64,000 nt of DNA, from NCBI GenBank assembly GCA_051294375.1, contig CM119267.1, positions 8,467,543 to 8,531,542 of the forward strand. Reading direction: 5' to 3'. Shown here in pieces: positions 10,964-24,190 of the stretch. The notes under the pieces are model-generated. The model was not told the DNA's origin and ran no database searches. It saw only the letters and a program-made list of their open reading frames with translations. Position 1 is the first letter of the stretch; the number at the start of each line of letters is the position of its first letter. Both the position numbers and the translations under genes were made by a program. The stretch comes from Paraspadella gotoi. Taxonomy: Eukaryota > Animalia > Chaetognatha.

Positions 10964-13319
10964 ATGAAGTTTCGTTTCCTCGTTTTCGCTCTCATTCCTC
11001 TTTTGGCCGCGGGAGAAGGTGAGGTCGTCGTTGTTGTCGTTGTTGTTGTAGTTTTTAAATGACGATTGATGATCCCGACTTTTTGTCGCTAATTCTGAAG
11101 AGCGACGTTTCACGATAAGATAATGGAAGTTAAAGTGAATGGCAGAAGACGAGAAGTGGTTGACGGTTTATCCATATTTTGTTTTATTTAAAAGACAGAA
11201 ATCCACGTTCTGTCACAAAATTGACAGCTTATTGTTATTTATCTAACGGATAGAGTTTAAAAAAAAAATAGAAAAGCATATGAGTAGATGAGAGGTTTCA
11301 CTTCTCTGCCATTTCCATATTCTCCCTTTCTTACCGTTTCTCTCCCTTCTTTCCCTTTACTTTCCTTCCCTTTTCTTTTCTTTTCTTTTCTTTTCTTTTC
11401 TTTTCTTCATTCATTTCCTTTCCTTTCTCTTCCTTTCCTTTCTTTTCCTTTTTCTGCCATTCTTTTCCTTTCCTTTCCTTGTTTTCCCTTTCCTTGTTTT
11501 CCCTTTCCTTTCAGAATGCTTCCCCGGCTCCACGATCGAGATTTGCTCGTCCCGTGACGTCGGCCCTTTCCACTGCGTCGTCCGCGTCTGCAACGACGGG
11601 GGATTCTGGGAGACGCGCGCCGTCGACGCCTCCACCTCTCTCGCCGCCGCCGACGCCGTCTGCTTCCCCGGCGCTAAAATCCTCGCTTGCCACGCCGTCA
11701 ACGACGAACCCATGGTCTGCGTAGAGCGCGTTTGCGGCGCCGAGGGGCGTTGGGGATCAGAAACTACCCCGGCAAATTTCGGCGCCGAAAAGCCCGAGTG
11801 CTTCCCCGGCGCCGAGATCACGGTCTGCAGGTCCGAGGACGGATCGCCGCTAGAGTGCGTCTCCAGATCCTGCGGTGATGACGGCAAGTGGATCGTCAAG
11901 GAGGCGCTCGAGACCTCGACGGCGCCGGCGTCGGAGTTCGGATGCCTTCCAGGCGCCGTCAACGTCCACTGCGAAAAGATCGGTGGGGCTCCCATGCGGT
12001 GCGTGCAGAGCTCGTGCGATATCGAGGGTCGATGGGGACCTTTGAAGGAATCCAACCCGTTTGCCGACGACGTTCCCGAATGTTATCCCGGAACCATGGT
12101 GACCTTGTGTCAATCGGAAAAAAGCGGGCCCATGCGGTGCTCAACCAAGATGTGCAGCGCCGACGGAAGGTGGGACACGAAGGAAGCCTTCTCCGCCGCC
12201 CACGCCGGATGCATTGCCGGATCCGTCATCGTCCATTGCACGAGGGTCGATTCGGCGCCGATGAAGTGCTTCCAGAGCGTCTGCAAAGCCGACGGAACTT
12301 GGGGACCCAAGACGGAGATGGAAACCTTCGCCAACGAAGTCCCCGAGTGTCTCCCCGGCGTCAGAGTCACCGTTTGCCGCTCGGAGAATGACGAGCCGCT
12401 CCGCTGTGTCTCCAAATCTTGCGGCACCGACGGAAGGTGGCAAACGCGAGAGGCGTTGACGGGTGACGCCGCACATTGCTTTCCCGGCAGCGTTTCCGTT
12501 CGATGTGAAAAGTATTTCGACGAGCCCATGAAATGTTTCCGCAGCGTGTGCGAGGCGGAAGGAGTTTGGGGACCCGAGGCGGATTGGAAGCCCTCGTCCG
12601 GGGTGTCTTGCGAAAAAGGAGACGCCTACGCTTTTTGCGGCGGAAAGGGATCGAGTTGCTACGGATTGAAAGGGAAGAAAGGCGGAAGTTGCTACAAGTT
12701 GAAAGGCGGAAAGGGTTCGAGCTGCTATTCGTATTGCGGCAGCAAAGGCGCCAGCTGCTACGCTTTCTGCGGCGGCAAAGGATCCAGTTGTTACTCGTTT
12801 CGCTGCGACGACGGTTGGTGGACGAAGACGGCGGGCGACGCCGAGCGGTGCTTCCCCGGCGCCGTCATGCGTCACTGCGTCAAAGTGAACGACCAACCCG
12901 CTCAATGCATCCGTCGAATATGCACCAAAGACGGAGTCTGGGGTCTCGAGGAAAAGTTGGAGGATCAGCTGCTCACGTGGAGTTGTTTCCCTGGGCTGAC
13001 CGCGAAGATTTGTCTCAATGGAAAATGCAAGAGGTAAGAATCAGACATTATGGAAAATGGCCGAAATGAAGATTTATGAACAAACTTTTTTAATATTTCT
13101 AAATCACCCTTTAGGTTCGTGTGCGGGGACGAAGGCACTTGGGAAGACGCCACGGATTGGTCGTCGACGGCCGCTTGGAGGTTCCATTCCCGCGAGTGCG
13201 TTCCCGGTTCCTTCGCCAAATCTTGCTTCCGGGCGGAGGGCGGCCCGCTGCGTTGTGAGACCACGGTTTGCGGACGTGACGGAAAGTGGGGCCCAGTCAG
13301 GAAGGAAGAGTACAATTGA
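10964..13319 (+). CDS. Secreted cysteine-rich protein of 12 tandem four-Cys repeats (3 exons, 592 aa)
   Basis: Exons 10964-11018 (signal peptide MKFRFLVFALIPLLAAG), 11515-13033 and 13115-13319 are joined by GT-AG introns with matching phases. The repeat is C-x-P-G-x5-C-x6-P-x2-C-x4-C-x3-G-x-W. Confidence 0.88.
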
Positions 13320-13589
13320 AAAAAGGGGAAAGGGCCTTTGGGAGATAGAAGCGATTTAAAACGATGCTCTGTGTAGATTCTTGTTGTAAAATATAAATGA
13401 TTAATAATCATATGATTATAATCATTGATTATCGTATTGTTTCTTTCGATTCGTTGTGTTAAGAGATTAGTTTGAGGCAAGAAAGGTTTTTATTATTGTT
13501 TACATACAACGATTTTTTTATATTTTGAAACCAAACAAATCGTCATGTAAACAATAATAACAAACTTTCTTGCCTTAAANNNNNNNNNN

Positions 13590-13942
13590 GGGACGAAGGC
13601 ACTTGGGAAGACGCCACGGATTGGTCGTCGACGGCCGCTTGGAGGTTCCATTCCCGCGAGTGCGTTCCCGGTTCCTTCGCCAAATCTTGCTTCCGGGCGG
13701 AGGGCGGCCCGCTGCGTTGTGAGACCACGGTCTGCGGACGTGACGGAAAGTGGGGCCCAGTCAGGAAGGAAGAGTACAATTGAAAAAAGGGGAAAGGGCC
13801 TTTGGGGGGATAGAAGCGATTTAAAACGATGCTCTGTGTAGATTCTTGTTGTAAAATATAAATGATTAATAATCATATGATTATAATCATTGATTATCGT
13901 ATTGTTTCTTTCGATTCGTTGTGTTTTCACGAAGTAAACCAA

Positions 13943-13974
<32 letters not shown>

Positions 13975-16900
13975 TCTCTTCTACTCTCTCTCTCTCTCTT
14001 CTCTCCTCTCTCTCTCTCTCTCTCTCTTTCTCTCTATTCTCTCTCTCTTTTTTTATCATTCAAGGATTCTTAATAATTCTTTAATGATTTAAATTATACA
14101 AACTTGACGCCGTAACTAGTCAGCTATATTTTTAGATCGAGTACTTGTAAAGTTGTAACACTATAAAAAATGTCAAAGTTTCAAATTGGTTTTTTTTAAA
14201 AGCTTTGTGATTTTTTTTTATTAAAAAAAAAAGCTTTGTGATTTTAAAGATTAAGTGATTAAAGCTAAACCTACAATTTTGAATTTTAAATATAACGCGC
14301 AGTTTTATAAAATTTTAACCGATTAACAAAAATGGATTTATATTTTCTCCATCAAATCAATCGCTGAATCAAAATCAAGAAAAAGCCTATTTTTAAATGT
14401 GACAGATTTTAGAATGTTATACGGCAGCTTGACTTAAAGGGCCACTTGTCACTAACGCTCTTTTCTTCACCCTATTATTTTATTGGTCATCGGCTTCTCT
14501 AATTCAATTGGCGGAATTCTTTACAACCGCTTTTGCTTTAAATTATATCAGGTGCTAACGAGAAGTTGTTGAGTCGCACGGTCTACCATTAATCATTAAT
14601 CAGTCTTCGATCCCTATTTTTTATATATTGGTTCGCAGCGATCTGCGTCGTCCGTTGTCGTCCTTCTTCCAGTTGTGCATTTGATGACAATTCTTTTTAT
14701 ATAATTTTTCTGTAAGATTGTTATCTAAAAAACCGTCCCATTAATTGCTTACTTTCTCGTCTCATTCTTGCAAATGCTGGTCATCAGCGCCATGAACAGG
14801 AGTAGACCCTTCGAATTCAACCTCAGGCGTCGAGACGTCAATTTGTTGCTCAATGAGGCGCGCAATGCGCCCCACGAGATACTTGGGCGGTGGTCCAAGA
14901 TCCATCTACCAAAATGTGTCATTTAATATGCCTTTCACTTTCAGCAATGGTTATGAAAAAAAATGCAGCAAAGGAATTCTGTTTTCATTTCGGGTTTCGC
15001 ATAAAAAAAAAATAAAAAAATTAATGAATTTTCGTTCACTCTTATTTCCATCCAGGCCTCGACCCAAATGTTTTCGTCCCCCTCGTACACCCTCTATCGA
15101 CTTCCCACTTCGGTCGCCTCCTGCTGAGAATCTCCGCCACCCTGGATTCGGGAGAAGAAAAAAAAAAGAGCAACATCGTCGACCGGGAAACGAGTCTCGA
15201 TTCGCGATATAAAAATCTTGGCGAACAGAGAATCCTCGTTCCTCTTTTGAACTACGCGTACTTTCGACGACAACGACGACAACGACGACGAGTGAAGTTT
15301 CGTTCCTCCGTTTTCGCTCTCATTCCTTTTTGGCCGGGCGGGAGAAGGTGAGGTACGTCGTTGTTGTCGTTGTTGTGTTGTTAGTATGTTTTTTAAATGA
15401 CGATTGATGATCCCGACTTTTTGTCGCTAATTCTGAAGAGCGACGTTTCACGAATAAGATAATGGAAGTTCAAGTGAATGGCAGAGAAGAGAAGTGGTTG
15501 ACGTTTATCCTATATTTTATTTAAAATGACAGAAATCTCACCGTCTGTCACAAAATTGACAGCTTATTGTTATTTATCTAGACGGATAGATTTAAAAAAA
15601 AAATAGAAAAGCATATGAGTAGAATGGAAGGCCTTTTCAACTTTTTCCTCTTGTACCTCCCAGTTCCATATTCTCCCTTCTTACCGTTTCTCTCCCTTCT
15701 TTACTCTTCCTTCTTTCTTTTTCCTTTTCCGCTTTTTTTTCTTTCTTTTCTTTTCTTCATTCAATTTCCTTTCCTTTCTCTTCCTTTCCTTTCCTTTCCT
15801 TTTTTCTGCCATTTTCTTCTTTCCTTTCCCTTTCCTTGTTTTCCCTTTCCTTTCAGAATGCTTCCCCGGCTCCACGATCGAATTTGCTCGTCCCGTGAAG
15901 TCCGCCCTTTCACTGCGTCGTCCGCGTCTGCAACACGGGGGATCTGGAAGACGCGCGCCGTCGACGCTCTCCACCTCTTCGCCGCCGCCGAACGCCGTCT
16001 GCTTCCCCCGGCGCTTAAAATCGCTCGCTTGCCCACGCCGTCAACGACGAAACCCATGGTCCTGCGTAGAGACGCGTTTGCGGCGCCGAGGGGCGTGTGG
16101 GGATCAGAAACTACCCCGGCAAACTTTCGGCGCCGAACAGTCCCGAGTGGTTTCCCCGGCGCCGAGATACAGTCTGACCGGTCCGAGGACGGATCGCCGC
16201 TAGAAGTGGCGTCTCAGATCCTGCGGTGATGACGGCAAGTGGATCGTCAAGGAGGCGCTCGAGACCTCGACGGCGCCGGCGTCGGAGTTCGGATGCCTTC
16301 CAGGCGCCGTCAACGTCCACTGCGAAAAAGATCGGTGGGCGCCCATGCCGGTGCGTGCACGAGCTCGTGCCGATATCGAGGGTCGATGGGACCTTTGAAG
16401 GAATCCAACCCGTTGCGACGACGTTCCCGAATGTTATCCCGGAACCATGGTGACCTTGTGTCAATCGGAAAAAAGGGGCCCATGCGGTGCTCAACCAAGA
16501 TGTGCAGGCGCCGACGGAGGTGGGAACACGAAAGGAAGCCTTCGTCCGCCGCCCACGCCGGATGCATGCCGGATCCGTCATCGTCCATTGCACGAGGGTC
16601 GATTCCGGGGCGCCGATGAAGTGCCTTCCAGAGCGTCTGCAAAGCCGACGGAACTTGGGGACCAAGACGGAGATGGAAACTCGCCAACCGAAGTCCCGAG
16701 TGTCTCCCCCGGCCGTCAAGTCACCGTCTTGCCGCTCGGAGAATGACGAGCCGCTCCGCTGTGTCTTCTCAAATCTTGCGGCGCCGACGGAAGGTGGCAG
16801 ACGGCGAGAAGCGGTTTGACGGGTGACGGAGCCGACGCACATTGCTTCCCTGGCAGCGTTTCCGTTCGAATGTGAAAAGTAATTTCGACGAGCCCATGAA

Positions 16901-17957
16901 ATGTTCCGCAGCGTGTGCGAGGCGGAAGGAGTTTGGGACCCCGAGGCGGATTGGAAGCCCTCGTCCGGGGTTCTTGCGAAAGAGGAGACGCCTACGCTTG
17001 TTTGCGGCGGAAAGGGATCGGAGTTGCTCGGATTGAAAGGGAAGAAAAGCGAAGTTTGCTACAAGTTGAAAGGCGGAAAAGGGTTCGAGCTGCTATTCGT
17101 ATTGCGGCAGCAAAGGCGCCAGCTGCTACGCTTTCTGCGGCGGCAAAGGATCCAGTTGTACTCGTTTCGCTGCGACGACGGTTGGTGACGAAACGTGCGG
17201 CGACGCCGAGCGGTGCTTCCCCGGCGCGTCATGCGTCACTGCGTCAAAAGTGAACGACCAACCCGTCAATGCATCCGTCGAGTATTGCACAAAGACGGAA
17301 GTCTGGGGTCTCGAGGAAAGTTGGAGGATCAGCTGCTCACGTGGAGTTGTTCCACTGGCTGACCGCGAAGATTGTCTCAATGGAAAATGCAAGAGGTAAG
17401 AATCGACGACATTAGGAAATGGAAAATGGCCGAAATGAAGATTTAATGAACAAACTTTTAATATTTCTTTCAAATCACCCTTTAAGGTTCGTGTGCGGGG
17501 ACGAAAGGCACTTGGGAAGACGCCACGGATTGGTCGTCGACGGCCGCTTGGAAGTTCCCATTTCCGCCGAAGTGCGTTTCCGGTTCCTTCGCAATCTTGC
17601 TTCCGGCGCGAGGGCGGGCCCGCTGCGTTGTGAGACCACTGTCTTGCGGACGTGACTGAAAGTGGGGCCCAGTCCAGGAAGGAGAGTACAATTGAAAAAG
17701 GGGAAAGGGCTTAGGGAGATAGAGAGCGATTTAAAACGATGCTCTGTTGTAGATTCTTGTTGAAAAATATATGATATTAATAATCATATGATTATAATCA
17801 TTGATTATCGTAATTGTTTCTTTCGATTCGTTGTGTAAGAAGATTAGTTTGAGGCAAGAAAGGTTTTAATTATTGTTTACATACAACGATTTTTTTTTAT
17901 ATTTGAAACCAAACAAATCGTCATGTAAACAATAATAACAAACTTTCTTGCCTTAAA
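13590..17957 (+). pseudogene. Tandem duplicate of the Cys-rich gene locus (~9625-13580), indel-riddled: probably error-rich long-read sequence of a second copy rather than a true pseudogene
   Basis: After an N gap, 13590-13930 repeats ~13127-13458. Then 13930-17957 repeats upstream, exon, intron and 3' sequence, with dense 1-bp indels spread evenly over coding and non-coding parts. Confidence 0.75.
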
Positions 17958-19350
17958 ATATATATGAAAAGAACGGTGATTGCTAATGTGTTACGAGACG
18001 GCCGCAGTGGACTTATTTTTCACGTGTATTTCCTTTGATCACATGATAATGAAAGACATGACATGACATGACTTTCTTAGCCCTTGTATTTATGACATGG
18101 CACTGGCATCGAGTCTTTATGTCCATATTTTGATTTCCTGAAGAGTGGCGCTAGCAGTCCCTTAGATTTGAGTTTTTCCTGTCTTAACAAATGAAAACAA
18201 CAATAGGCGAATTATATGCATTTTAACATTTTAACAGACATACCGACCTGGACAGACGGACAGACCGACCGAAAAATGAAATATTGAATTTTTTTTTATT
18301 TCGTTATCGTTGTCATTGTCGAAGTCGTTGCTTGACAGATTCCAGTCGCTCTTTTTATTTCTAAAACCTCAATCAGATTTTTTTCGTTTCGTTTTTTTCC
18401 CTAATAATAAACCGGACAAATAAAAAGGAAGAGAAAATGAAAAATTTGAAATGCCACCCAAATAAAACTTTACTCTCTCTCCGCCGAATTTATTTTAGAT
18501 GTATTCGCGAAAAACTGTGGAAAAAAAAACTAAGAAAAAACCCTTTCGGGTGGGGGAATAAATACGCGGACGTCTCTGTCTGTTTCGCAAAGATAAACCG
18601 TCAAAAATTTTTATCTTCTAAAATTCATTCGGAATAAAATTGTTTTTGGATTTAATGAAGTATCGGTGCAGACGCTCATGTGATTAAGCTTAAAGTTACC
18701 AACTTACTACTTGATTGTCTCCTAATGTTTTTCTTTTTCTACGTTCATCATAATTCATTGACAGTTACCGCAGAGATAAAGATAAGAAAGGATCATACTA
18801 TATAAGTCGCATTAACTGTGTACTCGTGTAGTTCAGAAAAACGGACCTCTCTTTCCATTTGAGACCTGGCCACTGAGCGGCTGAGTTGTTGCGACTTTCC
18901 GTTTTGACCTCCAGTTGTGACCTCTTGAGCCTTGGTCGAAACCAACACGTCTCTGCATTCCCGCGAGGCCAAAGTCTTGGACTTCGCATGCGTCTCAAGA
19001 ATTTGTCCATTTTGGGTCACGGCCCTCTCTCGGCCTCAATGGCTCCCCTACGTTTGTTGCTATGTTTGTTTGTTTTTTTTTTTTTTTAGATAAAACATGA
19101 GCTTTAAATGGATTTATCTATTCCATAGAAACCTAAAGCGATTCTATCTCGCTACTCTTAATTACATTATTGTCGCCGTTTCGTTGTCGGCGTTCTCTCG
19201 CGCGCATCGACGTTTATTGTTTCGTCGTTATATCTCCGCCGCTTCCGTCGTCGCCTAGCTACGGCGCCGTATCGTCTAATGTCGTTAACGCCGTCGTCGT
19301 CATGGTCGTCGACATCGTCGTCGTCGTTTCCTTCTCCTCCTCCTCGCGCT

Positions 19351-19357
19351 TATAAAT
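19351..19357 (+). promoter_or_regulatory. Candidate TATA box of the neuropeptide precursor gene
   Basis: TATAAAT in GC-rich context, about 75 bp upstream of ATG 19425. Confidence 0.4.
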
Positions 19358-19424
19358 TGGTTTTGCGGCGCCACTTTCGTATTTCGACGACGAAGAATCA
19401 GCGCCAGGTGAAACGAACGCAACC

Positions 19425-20783
19425 ATGAGCAGGAAAAGCGACTCCGGTTCCATTTGCGTCTTTGTCGTCGCCGTCGTCGGCGTCGCTTGCGTTTGGCCGA
19501 CGATTAGAGGTAAGAGACGGGACGGAATGGGAAGGGAAAATGTTGGAAGAAGATGGAATGGATCGGAAAGAGATGAAATAAGTTTTTTGATACGTAAATT
19601 AATTATTGGATCAGAAAAAAAAGTGTGAAAAAAATAAGATTTAATTGAATGAAACAGAACATAATGATGAGCTGATTCAATATATAAAAATTATAATAAA
19701 AAACGCTTTTCGAGAGAGGATATTAAAACTGAAAAGAGAAAGTTTCGCCCCAGTATTTTTTTGTCGAATTTAGCCGTAAAATGATATAAAAAGCTTGGAA
19801 ATTTTACTATAAAATTTTCTAAAAAATGCTTAAAATTGTTACCGTAGATAATATTGAGACACCATTTTACTCTNNNNNNNNNNNNNNNNNNNNNNNNNGT
19901 GTTTTTTAACAATCTTTCAAATTCTAATATTACGCTATGAATATAAAATCGTCTACGCCTGATTTTTCTTTTGTTCGGCGAATAAAAGACGGCGAGACTA
20001 CGTATTCACTATATTTCGAACTAGTATTTAATTTTTAACAGACGGGACACCAATCAAGAATCTTGAATGAAATTTTACGTTCTCATGGAACACAGGGTGA
20101 TATAGAAGAAGGTAAGGAACTCGGAAACTTCTTTTTAATTATTTTCTCAAGGAAAAGCCCAAGTAAGTCGAAGTAAAATGATAATCATCTCTCTCCATTT
20201 GTAATTGTAAATGCAATTAATACTGCATTAATATCAAACGCGTATTTTTATGAAAAAGTTTGAAATTTAAAAAAAAAACAACTTTCCTCGCCTTTTAAAG
20301 TTTCATCTTCCATTTTTCCATTTCCATTTTATCGTTCCCCCAGTTCCCGAATGGCGCCGCCCTTTATTCGGCGGCGTCGCGTCGAATAGAATGACGCCGG
20401 CCGAAGAACAAAGGGCGCCGTCTCGATTCGTCTCGGAAGCGTCGGAAAGCTTTTTGCCAAGAACAAAGGAACCAGCATCGAGGCTTGCGGCCGCTGCCAA
20501 ACGAGATTGGAACATCTTGCGCCGGTTTTTCGGTCGGCGCCCTGACGTCGACGACGATCGGTGGGCGTGGGGCGGATCAAAGACGCCGAGCGCCGACGCC
20601 GACATGGGCTTGACCCCCTGGCGGCGAGAGGTTCGAGGGGGCGCCTCGGCGAACCCTACAATCTCGGTCAATCCTACGGCGGGCGTAGAGATCCAGCGCA
20701 ATCCCAAACGAGGCTTGAAAAGTTGCGCCTTTAACGCCGTCACTTGTTTCGGGAAGAGAAAGAGACAATTCAGTTGGCCGTGA
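19425..20783 (+). CDS. AstC: Allatostatin-C (AST-CC/CCC, somatostatin-family) neuropeptide precursor, 2 exons
   Basis: Exon 19425-19509 has a hydrophobic signal-like segment (ICVFVVAVVGVACVWP) and joins exon 20344-20783 in phase 1. It encodes KR-GLKSCAFNAVTCF-GKR (mature peptide 20712-20750), matching the C-x6-C-F core CAFNAVSCFamide of arthropod AST-CCC. Confidence 0.85.
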
Positions 20784-21403
20784 GAGGGCGAGATGTTTAA
20801 TGCGGCGAATGAAGTAAAAAAAAATAAAACAAAAGACGGTAGAGAGAGGAGGATGAAGGAATTAAATAGCCGCATTGATTTCCAGATAGTTTTATACCAC
20901 GGATCAATTGTTCTTTATTTAAATCGATTCTCCGAAAATGAACTCTTTTCATTTAGTCATTCTATTTTTATTTTAGCCTCCCAATTTTTTTTATATTGCC
21001 GAAATTTTGCTTTTATTTTATCCTACAACTTATACATCAAACAATTTGTATGTTTCCCAAAATAGTTTTTTTCGACTTTCAATGATTGTATAATTTTCTC
21101 CATAAAAGAGTGAACAAAGAATGAACCTAACTAAAAATACGTCAATTTTTAAAAATATTATTTGGAATGCCATTCGTTTTGTCGAATAACAAAATAGGAT
21201 GATGTCAGATTATGTCCGAAAACAATCCCTTCACGCAACCGCTCGTCCCTGAACGCAGCTGCCTCGTTTCAGTCGAAAATTATCGATCCTTTGAAGAATC
21301 GGTTATTGCACGCCTGGCCGGAAACGCGGCCTCTCCGTAGTGCGCGTCTGCCGGCGCACTCGTTTCGCCGATTCGAATTATGACACAAATTTTGATGGAT
21401 CCC

Positions 21404-21505
<102 letters not shown>

Positions 21506-23681
21506 ACCATATAATTCTTTGTGATATCTATGAATTTTCAATGATTCACCTTCGTTCTGAACACCTGATACACCTGCCTATTTTTTTCATTGTTCGATAA
21601 TTATTACACATTCCACCAAAAAACCTGATCGGCATTGAAGTTAACGATAAAACGTTTCTTTTATTCCAAGATTACGTAGATTTTATCACATCTATCGCCA
21701 TTTTATAAATTTTGAAGAATTACTTCATCAATTGTTTTCAAGAGTTAAAAAAATTCATTCGTACTTTTTACGCATTAATATTATCTTTGAATCTTAAAAT
21801 CAAAATAATCACAAATGAATTTTCTTTTTTTTTATTATTATTATTATTCCTTACTCAATCTGGATCTCTATATTCACCTCCTTCGGTTCTTTCGTATCAA
21901 AACTAAAATCTCTCCAATGTTATCCCACCTCTTTCACACTCATATTTCCTTCCTGACAAATCCCCCACCTGATCCCGGAGACGAGAGATGACAATAACGA
22001 ACTCCAAAACGGATTTTCCTCTTCCCCGTTTTTTCTTTGTCTTTTTTTTTTTTCCTTCGAAATGAATTTCATTCCAAATGAACCGACCAAGGCTTTCTCT
22101 TTCCTTCCCGGCTTTTTGAAAATTCACCCAAGAAAAATTAATGAATACAAAAAAAGTGTCGTCACTAAAAATAGAAATTAGTTGTATTATTAATTTCTTT
22201 TTCTTGAACTCCAAGCCGGCGAAAAAAAAAATATTATTGTCTTTCTAAAAAAACATCGTCAAGATATTTAAAAAAATAAAAACGCGGTATTGTGCTTACT
22301 TTTTTTTAATATTGATGTGAAAACCCCTATCATCTAACTAACGAGGTGAGTTACGAATAGTTATGAATGTCAAGTTTAAGATATTATAAACTTTTAGTGA
22401 GGAATTGTTAGATAAGAATAGTTAGAGTGTCTAGATTGATCAACCGGTGAGTCGCCTCGAACCCGGTACTCGACATTTTCCAGACCCGTCGGTATCCGAT
22501 TTAGTTTCACTTCTGAACGACGAGGTTGACGGGGCGATCGAAAAGCGGCTGCGTGGGTCTGTAGTTTCCTCTCTCCAAGAGCCTCATGCCTTCGTCGTGC
22601 TGAACGTGATTTTTCGTCGTGTCGCAACGAGATAAATTTTCGAATCGGAGCTGGTTGAGGGATCATTGTAGAAAAGGTTATCTGAATGTTACTTAAAATA
22701 CTTTGTACACGGATTTCAGATCGGAGTGAAATGAAAAGATTTGATATTACTCAATATGATTGATATTTGATCATTTCATTAGTTAGATAATTCCTAAATA
22801 ACTAGTTGAGATTACTTTACCTTATAATAACCGGTGCGCTTGCTTTCCAACTGGTAGCTTTTTTTGCAGAATTTTCCCCCCTCTTATTTGATAATTCAAT
22901 TTCAAACTCATTGTAAAAAAAATTTCTTATTAATATATTTATTTTATAACGCTGAAATTTTTATTTTCTATAAGTTTTAACTAGAAAAACTATAAAATGA
23001 AAAAGGCTGTCATTGTGGTTGTAAAAAAGCTTTTGACATTCAGCTCAGACACATACTTCAATGACTATATCTGTAAGATGAACCAAAATTTTCAAATATT
23101 TAATTTTTGTTCATAAAAATATATCTTATATTAACCCTAGGGTTATAACAGGAAGGTCCTATTCAAATGCAAAAAATTGCTTTTTTGAAATTCGACCATG
23201 CAAGCTGGACAACTGGGAGTTGGAAAATAAAAAACGTCAGCGATTTTTTTTACCAGGTAGCAAAATCTGAAGTTGCTATAACAAATAATTTAGCCACAGT
23301 ATTTTATCATTTCATTTCACTCCCATTTGAAATCCGTGTAAGAATATCTCCGGCCGAAAAAGGTGTAATCTACGTAAAAATATTTCAAAATATATCAAAT
23401 TTAAAGTCGCGAGTGACATAAAAATCTTTACTATACTTTTAATATTTAATAAAGATAATTCAGAAGTACATCATTAGTTAGAGAACGACTGGACGTTTTT
23501 TGTGTATAAGTTTTATTTCATATTTTGTTTATTTACTATTCTAAGTTGAAATTTTTATTCAACATAGTCAAATTAATAAAAAAAGGCTATTTTAAGCATG
23601 TTCTTGATTACAGGGAAGAAACTTTTTACATCATAAGAATTAAGAAATCCCTAACAAAAGTCTTGTCTAGTCTCGTCTAGT

Positions 23682-23682
<1 letters not shown>

Positions 23683-23771
<89 letters not shown>
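23683..23771. repeat. (AG)n microsatellite
   Basis: Directly visible. Confidence 0.95.
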
Positions 23772-23780
<9 letters not shown>

Positions 23781-24190
23781 AAGAGTGAAAACGAGAGACC
23801 AAAGCTTTTAACCTTCAAGAGCGAATAAGTCTCGTCTATTTCTGGGCGTTTCAAAAATATCAAGATAAATGAATTTTTCTAGCGGCCCGTTGGCACAGGT
23901 TTTATAAGACACCCTCTCTTTGCCCATAATTTGTTATAATTAAAAATAAAAATAAAACGGGGATTCTCGATCGGAAGGTGCGAATCTTATACCTAATAAG
24001 AAAAATAAATAAATAAATAAATAACCATAGAGAAATAAAATAAAGGCGGTAACCCGTGATTCAATTAAATGGAAAATATCGCTAATTAGTTCACGAAGAC
24101 GAAACCTCGTTTCGCTCACGCGATGAGAGGCGGAAAAAGGAATACCGACCGACTGACCTTAATGACCGACCGACTAAGACTAAAACTCAC

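Noticed and set aside
18770-19060. Balanced-composition segment with short ORFs (also ~26780-26990 and ~28600-28780)
   Set aside because: No recognisable domain, terminal repeat or RNA structure; possibly decayed transposon fragments.
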